IMG/VR virus record: IMGVR_UViG_3300017613_003292
Coordinates: 1-33,020 of that record
Length of the DNA: 33,020 nucleotides
Direction: 5' to 3' (one strand)
From: a virus
Taxonomy: Duplodnaviria; Heunggongvirae; Uroviricota; Caudoviricetes
Shown: piece by piece, positions 16,138-24,723 of the stretch
Layout: every line of letters starts with the position of its first letter
Position numbering within the stretch: position 1 is the stretch's first letter
The notes under the pieces: model-generated
Databases searched by the model: none
What the model was told of the DNA's origin: nothing
What the model saw: the letters and a program-made list of their open reading frames with translations, nothing else
Made by a program: the position numbers and the translations under genes

Positions 16138-17052
16138 TTAATTCTCTTTAAACGGATGATTGATTGGCAATCCCTCTAATGTTCGCCATTGTATGTATAA
16201 ATCAACCAGGAATGCTTTGACCATGTATCGTATGGACATACGGTATTTGTGAATTTTGGTTTTCTCTCTGTGCCTGTCACTTGTGTCAAGCCATTCGCGA
16301 TATTCTCTATACACACCTTCATACTTTGACCGGCTGCCCTGTTTCAAGAAGCTCGGCCCGAGCACGCCGCATAGTTTCGTTTTCAAGAATGGATTGAATG
16401 TAATTGATTTTTTGGTGGCGGTTTTGCCTTCTTTTGTTGTGTATTCAACATCGATAAGATGGCTTGCCTTTTTACATCGTCCCTCTCCAACGACCTCGCC
16501 ATTCTCTCCTTCGGTCAGGACTACATCTAACCCTGCGTATTTCCAAAAGCTGGCGGCAAAGTCAGCTTCTTTGGGATTCAATTCGCTGATGATTACAGCC
16601 GCAATGGCTGGGCCGATGCCCTGGACACCTGATAGAAATTCTGTCCAGATTGGGAAGTCGTCGAGAATATCAACGAGGTCTTTGAATTGCCTTTGTTCTG
16701 TGGATGACAGGCGCATGTAGGTGCTGACCATGCTTAGTTCTGCACGGTTGGTAATGAGGGGATTTTCTTTTGGCGGGAATTTATCTTTTAAGGGGCTGTC
16801 CGGATCGACAATTCCTTCAGTGATGTTTTTGTATGCAAGTTTGATGTTTTCGAGCAGTGTTTTATCTTTTTTACTGATACTGCTCTCGGATTCTTTTTCG
16901 CTGGGCTTGATACCCAGCTTACTTTTGAATGCTGCGACAATACGATTGCCGGTTTGAATTCTTAATTTTTGGAGGGCATACACTCCCCTTACGATAGTTT
17001 TTAGTTCCTGTTGCAATGCCACTTGATCCTGTTTGTTTGTTTGTGAGGTCAT
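16138..17052 (-). CDS. tasA: Second TasA-like Nop/IS110-C-terminal-domain protein (no nuclease domain)
   Basis: LQKLRIQTGNR, PIWTEFLSGVQGIGPAIAAVIISE, SFWKYAGLDV, TFNPFLKTKL, HKYRMSIRYMVKAFLVDLYIQWRTLEGLP; no DEDD RuvC domain. Confidence 0.8.
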   Translation of the reverse strand: MTSQTNKQDQVALQQELKTIVRGVYALQKLRIQTGNRIVAAFKSKLGIKPSEKESESSISKKDKTLLENIKLAYKNITEGIVDPDSPLKDKFPPKENPLITNRAELSMVSTYMRLSSTEQRQFKDLVDILDDFPIWTEFLSGVQGIGPAIAAVIISELNPKEADFAASFWKYAGLDVVLTEGENGEVVGEGRCKKASHLIDVEYTTKEGKTATKKSITFNPFLKTKLCGVLGPSFLKQGSRSKYEGVYREYREWLDTSDRHREKTKIHKYRMSIRYMVKAFLVDLYIQWRTLEGLPINHPFKEN

Positions 17053-17053
17053 T

Positions 17054-17146
17054 TGGTTTTGCTCCTTCTTCTTTGAGGGATTCTATAGCGTGATGGTTAT
17101 TTTGAGTTCATCTCCTTTTTATTCATGGGTGTCTAAAGTCATTTGG
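17054..17146 (-). repeat. Possible degenerate TIGR-like units upstream of the second tasA
   Basis: Minus strand: CCA-aatgacttt-AGACACCCA-tgaataaaa-AG (17146-17115) and CCA-tcacgctat-AGAATCCCT-caaagaaga-AG (17096-17065), i.e. 9/9/9 spacing. Only two units, 50 nt apart. Confidence 0.3.
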
Positions 17147-17165
17147 GATTTAGAGTTATGGCTTT

Positions 17166-19118
17166 CTATATTTTGTTGTTTCCATATATTAAATCTATAA
17201 TGGTCGTTTTGTCTAAATTTTTGGGGCTGAGATCAATGAAACGATTATTTTCTTTGCATATTTCAAATTCCTCTTCGTTCATAAAACTCAGAGTCTCTTC
17301 CATGTTGCTGACAACCTTGCCGCCTGCGGATACAATCATATCGTTGAGTGATAATGTTCCGAGCATACTGCTCACAAGATATTTCCGGCTGTGCATTATA
17401 CTTGATGACCTACTGGCAGTCATGCCGCGATCAACAGACATGTGTGTAAAATAAAATCGCAGTTCTTCTTTAACTCGGACGATCATGCCGATAATGCATT
17501 GTTGGTTATTTATGATGATATTTTCTGCCATTATGATATTGTTTGGATTAACCATGTAATTTTTTGCAAGGCTTTTAAAATTTTTACCTATCTTTTCATT
17601 GCTTGCAATGATTTTACATGGAATCTCTTCATCTCCTTCATATCTGTTATAATGATTGACTATTACGATTTTTGCGTCTTCATTCACATTGTTGCGCACA
17701 TAAAATAGTTCTGTCGCGCCCTTTGGCTGTGGTGCGTCTGTCAGATCACCAGAAAATAAAATCCTTCCGTCTTTACTCCGATAGTTTGCATCCCAACCGA
17801 ACTTGGTAGACACATCAATCATTGATATATCAAGATCAACTCTTGTTTTTTCAGTATTGGTCCAATGGATGCCGCATACCAAGTCGTCTAGTACTGTGAC
17901 ATAACTATTTGTTGGAACGTTACCGACGAATTGTTTTTCGGTGGCAGGCATGGCATATCGGATGCTTTGTGGAATTCTAAAAATACGGCCGTTTACTCTT
18001 TCTGCCATATCGGCAGCAATAGCGTCTGTGACAACACATAACGCATCGGTTGCTTCAGTATTGCAGACTGGATTCCATGGCATATCAGTTGCGTAACCTT
18101 TTCCGTTACGAACGCGATAAACAATTGATCCGAGACCATTTATACGATTTATGAGTGCTTGTGCCAAGCGAATTTTACGATTCATCGGCGCGTTTGTAAT
18201 TTTATTCTCTAATCGGGTCAGAGACAGTGTGCCCCTTATGATACTTGCCGTTACGTTATTGAGATAATCTTCCGGCAGTGGTTTATGGAATTTTGTGGCT
18301 TTTTTTCTGAGCTGATTGAAGACAGTTTTGTTTTTTGCAGCTGATTTCATGGCCAGGAAAATCGGTTTATACCTGTAAAAAATAGATGCCAGATTGTTTG
18401 GTGCTCGGCTCATGAGCATATCGATGAATTTTCCATTGGAATTTTTTATTTTGTTGATCAGATAATCGTTTTTGATAACCAAGGATTCATCTGTAAGCTT
18501 CACAATGGCGTACCGTAAAAATTCTTCAGGATCGGATGGTGCCATGTTGTAATGGTCGTAAAGTCGAATCTTGAATTCTCGGTTTGTAATCAAATCTATA
18601 AAATTTGGTTTAAATTTTAGGTCATAAACCAGATCCATCATGTCCTGTAATACTTTTTCCGACAGGGCGATGCCTGCACTGCCCAGTTTGATGATTTCAT
18701 CACGAATATTCTGGGTTGACATGGCTTTGATGTATTTCAATTCGAAGCTTTCCTTGATTTCTGGAATATCCAAGCGTTCATGAGGAATAAAGACCGTTGC
18801 CTCATTGTATATACCCAGCGTTTCAAAACCATAAGTGGTCATATAATGCATAATCTGCTGAAAAAATAAGACTTCAAGGGGGGTATCCCGAACGACGTCC
18901 CAGGATTTGTGGAATGTGGCATTCATGCGTTCGCCAGATGTACTGAGTACTTCTTCGATCATGACAAGAAGAGTTTCTGTCACGGGAATGCGGGGGTCAA
19001 TGATGAATCCATTTTTGACAGTCCTGTCCAGGATGGCTTCATTGAATTTCGGAAGAATTTCTGAGAATTCAGGAACATGTACACCTTTGAATAGTCTTAT
19101 CGTAGCGATCTGTGCCAT
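17166..19118 (-). CDS. Large phage protein with C-terminal TerD-like domain
   Basis: C-terminal GIHW...VDLDISM...GWD...LFSGDLTDAPQPKGATELFYV resembles TerD/TerZ-type domains; helical N-terminal part with QQIMHYMTTYG. Confidence 0.7.
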   Translation of the reverse strand: MAQIATIRLFKGVHVPEFSEILPKFNEAILDRTVKNGFIIDPRIPVTETLLVMIEEVLSTSGERMNATFHKSWDVVRDTPLEVLFFQQIMHYMTTYGFETLGIYNEATVFIPHERLDIPEIKESFELKYIKAMSTQNIRDEIIKLGSAGIALSEKVLQDMMDLVYDLKFKPNFIDLITNREFKIRLYDHYNMAPSDPEEFLRYAIVKLTDESLVIKNDYLINKIKNSNGKFIDMLMSRAPNNLASIFYRYKPIFLAMKSAAKNKTVFNQLRKKATKFHKPLPEDYLNNVTASIIRGTLSLTRLENKITNAPMNRKIRLAQALINRINGLGSIVYRVRNGKGYATDMPWNPVCNTEATDALCVVTDAIAADMAERVNGRIFRIPQSIRYAMPATEKQFVGNVPTNSYVTVLDDLVCGIHWTNTEKTRVDLDISMIDVSTKFGWDANYRSKDGRILFSGDLTDAPQPKGATELFYVRNNVNEDAKIVIVNHYNRYEGDEEIPCKIIASNEKIGKNFKSLAKNYMVNPNNIIMAENIIINNQQCIIGMIVRVKEELRFYFTHMSVDRGMTASRSSSIMHSRKYLVSSMLGTLSLNDMIVSAGGKVVSNMEETLSFMNEEEFEICKENNRFIDLSPKNLDKTTIIDLIYGNNKI

Positions 19119-19324
19119 TTTGTCACCCCATTTGTTTGTTTGTAAAAACAGGCGGAAAGTAATTCGAAGCCGGGTCTTCAGCCCGGAGATTTTTCAAGGA
19201 ACCTTCTATGCCTGTTGGTTTTAATCGAGACGGGAAGTATTTTATTGTTTTCAAGTCAATGTTTTGAGGAACTTCCTGTGTCCCAATATGTTTTGAGGCG
19301 GGGAATATTATTTTGCTGGTATAA

Positions 19325-19711
19325 TTAAGGAATTTCCTTTGCCTCAATTTTTTTGTATGGAATTGTAACGATGCCATATGCCGGATGGTGCTCGGCTATT
19401 TTTGTTATTTCTTTTATATTAATGTATTTTGATTTTATTTTTTCTATTTTTTTTTGAATATCGCTCATTGTAATATTTTTTGAATCGATTATAAATTCTG
19501 TTATATTCCATTCATTTCTTAATACTGCATAATATTCTTGTGTGGCATATATATCAAGATCCATAGTTTCTAAATTAAATCTTGTTTTAAAACTTATTGT
19601 TTCATTAAGATCAAATTTGTTTAAAGTCAGCCATACAACCAGTGCTTTATTTTTTGGACTGATTTTTAATTCTAAAATATTTTTAGGAATTTTTTTAAAA
19701 TTTTCAGTCAT
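19325..19711 (-). CDS. Dispersed relative of the IPxxI...KAL family
   Basis: KKIPKNILELKISPKNKALVVWLTLNKFDL; start MTENF at 19711. Confidence 0.7.
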   Translation of the reverse strand: MTENFKKIPKNILELKISPKNKALVVWLTLNKFDLNETISFKTRFNLETMDLDIYATQEYYAVLRNEWNITEFIIDSKNITMSDIQKKIEKIKSKYINIKEITKIAEHHPAYGIVTIPYKKIEAKEIP

Positions 19712-19722
19712 GTTTGTAATGT

Positions 19723-19832
19723 TGGAGGAGGCAGGACTCGAACCTGCAACACACAGTCCCAAATTGAAGGAACTTTTTATGCCAAAGGCGAAAAGTAATA
19801 TCTGTTGCCTCTACCAGTTGGGCCACTCCTCC
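19723..19832 (-). tRNA. tRNA-like gene (110 nt) with about 36 extra nt in the anticodon arm; pseudo-tRNA, intron-containing tRNA or tRNA-derived ncRNA; isotype not assignable
   Basis: Acceptor GGAGGAG/CTCCTCC+A; D-arm GCC-CAACTGGTAGA-GGC; T-arm GCAGG-TTCGAGT-CCTGC; anticodon stem ACAG/CTGT encloses 45 nt instead of 9. Confidence 0.7.
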
Positions 19833-19837
19833 ATATG

Positions 19838-19993
19838 TTATTGTTCGGGACGGGTGGATGCTTTTATTTCTATCCCTAAAAGTACAATCATGAAAAAAAC
19901 CCACCAATCGACAACACCTATAATACATAAAATAGCTGCGATGGGAAACGATATGAAATCAAAATAGTTAACAGAAAACCTTGGTATTCTCAT
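19838..19993 (-). CDS. Small membrane protein (51 aa)
   Basis: MRIPRFSVNYFDFISFPIAAILCIIGVVDWWVFFMIVLLG...; AGGAGG RBS. Confidence 0.55.
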   Translation of the reverse strand: MRIPRFSVNYFDFISFPIAAILCIIGVVDWWVFFMIVLLGIEIKASTRPEQ

Positions 19994-20011
19994 CTCACGC
20001 CTCCTTGTGTG

Positions 20012-20118
20012 TGGGGATAGTGGCCAGGTCGCTATGTCTGTTGGATGCGTCACCGTTCGCTGCCGTTCTGGAAAGGCGGAGGGTAATTATAGGCGCTCTA
20101 CCCCTGAGTTACATCCCG
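20012..20118 (-). pseudogene. Degenerate tRNA-like element (clear 5' half, no canonical T-arm)
   Basis: CGGGATGTAACTCAGGGGTAGAGCGCCT is a typical tRNA 5' half; possible 3' acceptor strand TATCCCC+A ends at 20012; no TTCGA loop. Confidence 0.4.
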
Positions 20119-20177
20119 ATAAAGATTCAGGCGGCGGGTAATTGTTTGCTCCATATGCATTTTATTTAAGGAACCCG

Positions 20178-20528
20178 CTATGCCTGAAAACCGTGTTGTC
20201 TAAGAATTTCTTTTACGTCGTTTATTGATCTATACACACCGGTAATGGCTCCCACTGATGCCCACTTGTTTAACCAATAAATTTGTTTTTTGGTTGGTGT
20301 GTTATCCCTGACTTTGCCTTCAAGTTCGAGACGTCGACCTTTGATACATCCTGTAACATCAACCCGTCCCTTTCGGCCTTGCTGGGAAGGTCTTTTTTCT
20401 GCGTAGCATTCTGGCAATGTGTTCAGGAATTTGACTACCTTTGAATTCAGTTTATTTTCGTTTTCCTGTGGTTCAATCTTTTTTGCCAGTTCAATAATAT
20501 CGATATCTAAGATATCTGACATGTGCAT
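20178..20528 (-). CDS. VRR-NUC-like PD-(D/E)xK nuclease
   Basis: GRVDVTGCIKGRRLELEGKVRDNTPTKKQ...GAITGVYRSINDV. Confidence 0.8.
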   Translation of the reverse strand: MHMSDILDIDIIELAKKIEPQENENKLNSKVVKFLNTLPECYAEKRPSQQGRKGRVDVTGCIKGRRLELEGKVRDNTPTKKQIYWLNKWASVGAITGVYRSINDVKEILRQHGFQA

Positions 20529-20847
20529 ACTCCGGTTTTAAATATATCTTTCGTAACACTTCCAATTCTTTCTTGTCAAATGGTTTCTTTCTTTTTGTCG
20601 AACGATAAAAAACAAAATCAGAATAAAACAAAGAAAAATTCCACATCGGACAAGAGTCTTTTTGCGGCCTGAAATTTGGTATTCTTATTTGAATGGCACT
20701 CAAGTCTGGGTAGAAAGACACTGCCTGCTTTAAATCAAATCCGTTTATTATAAGCCATACCACCAAAGCTTTATTTTCTGGCCATATTTTTTTCGCGGCG
20801 ATTTTATGTGGAATTTGTTTTTCTATGAAAGTTGATTTTTCCTTCAT
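20491..20847 (-). CDS. Dispersed relative of the IPxxI...KAL family
   Basis: KQIPHKIAAKKIWPENKALVVWLIINGFDL, closely similar to 19325-19711. Confidence 0.7.
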   Translation of the reverse strand: MKEKSTFIEKQIPHKIAAKKIWPENKALVVWLIINGFDLKQAVSFYPDLSAIQIRIPNFRPQKDSCPMWNFSLFYSDFVFYRSTKRKKPFDKKELEVLRKIYLKPEYAHVRYLRYRYY

Positions 20848-20848
20848 G

Positions 20849-22753
20849 TTAATGCACGGTAACACTTTCTAAAAGTTCTGAATCTTCAAAATTTTCAGGA
20901 GTCTCAACATAGCCCTGCGCTGCAAGTGCATCAGTCATGATGGCATTCGGTACGCGCCATACCCTGAGCGTTGTTCGACTCTTGGGATCTCCTTTTATTC
21001 TTTCCACATTCATTCTTGTCTTTGTACATTTTAAATCGCGTAATGTTTTTTTTACTTCATGGGAACGCTCTTCTTCGCCTTTTAGATTTCTGAGCCATTG
21101 ATAAAAATTGTCAAAATTTATATGCCAGTGGTTGTATTCAATGAATGGCCGTTTGTCTATCAATGCGTCTTCCTTGCGTGAATTCGATGACCCGACCGTA
21201 TCTAAATAGTCCACTATGCAATGTTTTATTCTATGTAAAATTAATTCATCCGCGTCGAGCGGGGTGTCTTTACATATTTGTGAAATCAACCATAGAATAT
21301 CATCCCATTTTTTTCGGTCAAATTTTATAACTTGTTTTGTACATTCAAAAACTCTATTTTTTAATCTTGATGGAGACGTCAATTCATCTGTATTTCGTAA
21401 TGTTATTTTACCCTTTGTTGAAAAGATGGCATATGTTGGAGAGTCCGCTAAATATTTTTCGATTTTTATAATGTTCAACCCGAGCAGTACCTTCAGGCTT
21501 TCCTTCAATTCTTCTTCTGTGTAAATATTTTCATATTGCGTCCCTAATGTTTCTCCACCAACGCTTGACGTTTGATCTGCGCTTTTTTTTTCCTTTTCTT
21601 TTCGAGCTTTTATGAGGGTATTGAGCATGTAATCTTTACGAAGACCCTTATGGGGATCTCGTTCGTGCAATCGTCTGTTTGCTATGACCATGTTTGCAAT
21701 TTCCTGGTCGTTCCATCCGAGTTTCACAACTTGATGGCACAGGCTCATATCATACCCGCTCTGGGACTGGTCTTTCAAAAGACTGTTCCTGCCATGCCAT
21801 GTCTGGGCAAATACAGGATCTATTCTAACCAGGGCGATTAATTTCCGCAATGGGGGTTGTGATTCAAGGTCCAGGATTATAGATCCGTCTTCCTGTGGCA
21901 TTATGGGAGGTTGATTTTCAATTTCTTTAGTCGTAAAATTTTTGAGGTCTTTGGGGGGGAGGAGATTGCCGTCTTTGTCTTTCGGCGGCTCTTTAACGAT
22001 GACCTTTGCCTTTGATTCGGTCTGTGGCTGTTGTGGCATGTAGTTTTCAATTTCATCGAACGTCATGTCAATGAGAAAGTCTTCAAAATCTTCAGGATTA
22101 TAACGATATGAAGTTTCCTTCATCACGTATACCTTTTTGATGTCGAGGGGATTTTTGACATTGCGGGAACCAGGCGGCCGTAATATGCGCGCCATATCCT
22201 GTACACTGTCAATGTGCCATCCCCCTTTTATCCCCGCTTTTTCCCCCGCTTTCTCGGCGTTTGCCTTCAATGTCGCTTTGAGGTGTGCGAGAAGCCGCAT
22301 GCATGCCAGTCGTAATTCTGGTGTTCTGAGTTCCCATGGCTCCTTAAAAATCCAGTATGCTTGCAAACCATGCCCAGAATGGACAGTAACTGACGGATCG
22401 AATCCGAACCCTTCTATAATAGTCAGGGCCTGTTCAATTGTTTCGGGGAGGTTCTCGTGTTTGTGGACTTTGTCTTTGATGTCGATGTCACAGAATAAGG
22501 CGGGCATTGAGATGACTGGTCTGTGTTTTGCTTCAATTGTTGAACAACGATAGCTAGCACCGTGCGGTCGTCCAGCCATTCCGACCTGAAAATAGACGTT
22601 CTGTTTTTTTCTTTTTGCTATAAATTTTGTGGCCTGTTGGATATTTTTAAACCAGGTAGATTTTCCGCCACGTTTTGTCGGTACCCAAACCAGGATATGA
22701 TCATTTTCTTCCTTGTTGTCGTACAGCGCAGTCATAAATTTGCGAAGATTCAT
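20849..22753 (-). CDS. AEP/RepB-type DNA primase with primase C-terminal helical domain
   Basis: LFCDID, PSVTVHSGHGLQAYW, DMARILRPPGSRNVK, then DQSQSGYDMSL...GWNDQEI; start MNLRK at 22753 with GGAG RBS. Confidence 0.82.
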   Translation of the reverse strand: MNLRKFMTALYDNKEENDHILVWVPTKRGGKSTWFKNIQQATKFIAKRKKQNVYFQVGMAGRPHGASYRCSTIEAKHRPVISMPALFCDIDIKDKVHKHENLPETIEQALTIIEGFGFDPSVTVHSGHGLQAYWIFKEPWELRTPELRLACMRLLAHLKATLKANAEKAGEKAGIKGGWHIDSVQDMARILRPPGSRNVKNPLDIKKVYVMKETSYRYNPEDFEDFLIDMTFDEIENYMPQQPQTESKAKVIVKEPPKDKDGNLLPPKDLKNFTTKEIENQPPIMPQEDGSIILDLESQPPLRKLIALVRIDPVFAQTWHGRNSLLKDQSQSGYDMSLCHQVVKLGWNDQEIANMVIANRRLHERDPHKGLRKDYMLNTLIKARKEKEKKSADQTSSVGGETLGTQYENIYTEEELKESLKVLLGLNIIKIEKYLADSPTYAIFSTKGKITLRNTDELTSPSRLKNRVFECTKQVIKFDRKKWDDILWLISQICKDTPLDADELILHRIKHCIVDYLDTVGSSNSRKEDALIDKRPFIEYNHWHINFDNFYQWLRNLKGEEERSHEVKKTLRDLKCTKTRMNVERIKGDPKSRTTLRVWRVPNAIMTDALAAQGYVETPENFEDSELLESVTVH

Positions 22754-22805
22754 TGTGTGTGTCTCCGAACACTCACCCCATGAGAAATTGTGGATTAGAT
22801 CTGGA

Positions 22806-24464
22806 TCAAATCTGTATTGCTCTGCTTGGCATCCCTTTACGCTTCGAACCCATTGGCTGTGCAATGATCAGCTCTTCTTTTGCTCGCGTAATCCCAACGT
22901 AGAACATTCTGTAAATCGCATCCATACCTGTAATTGTCGTTGCTTCTTCTTCTGCGGCAGATGATATATCTGGAAAAAGATATACGATGTCCGCTTCCCC
23001 TCCCTTGACACTATGAATTGTGCCGATGATAATTTTAGGGGTCTGTGATAACGCATCAAGACCGTGCCGATCATATACTGAAATTGGATATGTCATTGTG
23101 GTCTGGCGTCTTCCGATAAGATTATCGTACAACCAATTAAGATTGCGATCAAGTGCTTTTTGAACCGCAACAGGTGATAATATCTGTGGCAATACCTCTC
23201 GGCAAGTATGTAGTCCCGGTAGATTCTCTTCTACTGCCTGTTCTAATTGTTTAATGGCTTTTTTCCCAACCTTTCGAATTAATCCTTCATCTCCGACCTT
23301 TAAAAACTTTGCCCATTTAATAAATTGTGGTATGTTCCAGTAATTATCATCCATACCATGATCAGAAAAATTGATGATTAAATCCTTCGCTGATGTGCCC
23401 GTCATATTAGATTTGAGGGGGTTCCAATCGCCACGTTTCATTCGATACGGGTTATGAAATGGCAATGATCGTTCTCTTAATCTTTTCTTGAGAACATTGA
23501 GCATATAATCACAGGTTGACAGGAACATGACGGTCTTGCCTTGTTTTGCATATGCTTCGGCTTCTACAATTGCTGTTTCCGGTGCTCGAAAATTTGCCAT
23601 TGACATTCGTACTATACCGTCAAGATCTTTTGGCTTATATTCTTTTGGTTCCCGGGTCCTGACATTTTTGATAATGGACATGGCTTTTTGATGAACAGCC
23701 CTGGGTATCCGGTAAGACTGGGACAAGACAGTCTTATGTTTGTCTGGTATTTTTGGATGTATGAGAGACATGGGATCACATCCGGTAAACGAGTACAGAC
23801 ATTGGTCATCGTCTCCAACGAGTACAATCCATTTTGCTGATGCTCCCCATGACCGGACAAGAGACAATTGAAGCTTGGTAAAATCCTGAGCTTCATCGAC
23901 AAAAATTACTGATGGACTGCCGGGTGCATATGGATGTTTGTCCCTGCATACCTCAATCAGATCTGTAAAATCCATGATCAGTTTTTTCTTCTTAAACTTG
24001 GACCATTCTTTCATGAATTCGATAGACGGTCTGTCCCAAGTATCCATGGGCTGCATTTTTGCTCGATAAATATCCGTGATGTGAAGATAATTGGGTTGGT
24101 TTCCCATGGTTGATTCTTTATTGTCTTTGATCCCCTCATCCATGGCTCCGAGTGATGCCGGTGGAATGTAATATCTGGGAAACCTGTCGTTCCATTCTGG
24201 TATGTGTTTTATAACGAGTTCCGGCCGACCCAGGGCATGGTAACATAAACTATGAGTGGTGCCTACATGTTCCGGGTTGACCGGGATAGTCTCTCCTGTG
24301 TCACGACTCTTTTTGTTCGACACTTCTCTTGCAGCTGCCCGAGAAAAACTGGTCACGACAACCCGGTCGGGTCCAAATTTATTTACCGCACGGGGAATGT
24401 CTCTCGTTGCAAGTCTGGTGGTCTTGCCGGTTCCGGGCGGTCCATAGACCCTGAATTCAGTCAT
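22806..24464 (-). CDS. UvrD/Rep-like SF1 DNA helicase
   Basis: GPPGTGKTT, VDEAQD, VGDDDQ, QSYR, TIHSVKGGE, YVGITRAK; start MTEF at 24464. Confidence 0.93.
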   Translation of the reverse strand: MTEFRVYGPPGTGKTTRLATRDIPRAVNKFGPDRVVVTSFSRAAAREVSNKKSRDTGETIPVNPEHVGTTHSLCYHALGRPELVIKHIPEWNDRFPRYYIPPASLGAMDEGIKDNKESTMGNQPNYLHITDIYRAKMQPMDTWDRPSIEFMKEWSKFKKKKLIMDFTDLIEVCRDKHPYAPGSPSVIFVDEAQDFTKLQLSLVRSWGASAKWIVLVGDDDQCLYSFTGCDPMSLIHPKIPDKHKTVLSQSYRIPRAVHQKAMSIIKNVRTREPKEYKPKDLDGIVRMSMANFRAPETAIVEAEAYAKQGKTVMFLSTCDYMLNVLKKRLRERSLPFHNPYRMKRGDWNPLKSNMTGTSAKDLIINFSDHGMDDNYWNIPQFIKWAKFLKVGDEGLIRKVGKKAIKQLEQAVEENLPGLHTCREVLPQILSPVAVQKALDRNLNWLYDNLIGRRQTTMTYPISVYDRHGLDALSQTPKIIIGTIHSVKGGEADIVYLFPDISSAAEEEATTITGMDAIYRMFYVGITRAKEELIIAQPMGSKRKGMPSRAIQI

Positions 24465-24723
24465 TATTTTCACCGTTAAATGTCTCATCAAATTCTGTGG
24501 ATGTATAATCTGCTGATGCCATGGCATCGAATGTCAATTGTTGAAGTGTGCCTAATAGATGTACACGGTCGCACCCATTTTTATATGTGCATGTTGATCC
24601 ATCTTTTTTTCTTGTAAAAACGAGTGCAAGGGCTGAAATTTTACCCATTTTTATGTCGTCTATCAATTCATATAAGGTGCTCAGTGCGCCAGTCGCGTCT
24701 TCAATTGGAAACCGTTTTATCAT
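24457..24723 (-). CDS. Hypothetical protein
   Basis: 88 aa; overlaps both neighbours by a few nt. Confidence 0.65.
   Translation of the reverse strand: MIKRFPIEDATGALSTLYELIDDIKMGKISALALVFTRKKDGSTCTYKNGCDRVHLLGTLQQLTFDAMASADYTSTEFDETFNGENND

Noticed and set aside
11217-17052. Annotating the two Nop-domain genes as IS110/IS116/IS902 transposases (insertion sequences)
   Set aside because: Both lack the N-terminal DEDD RuvC domain, no element ends are evident, and one sits in a dual-repeat array; TasA-like fits better.
19123-19377. 84-aa minus-strand ORF
   Set aside because: Overlaps the upstream gene by about 50 nt in another frame, has no recognisable motifs and no clear RBS; left unannotated.
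19325-19762. Extended N-terminus (MGLCVAGSSPASS) of the 145-aa ORF and the overlapping ORF 19704-19928
   Set aside because: These translate the T-arm and body of the tRNA-like element; the real start is more likely ATG 19711.
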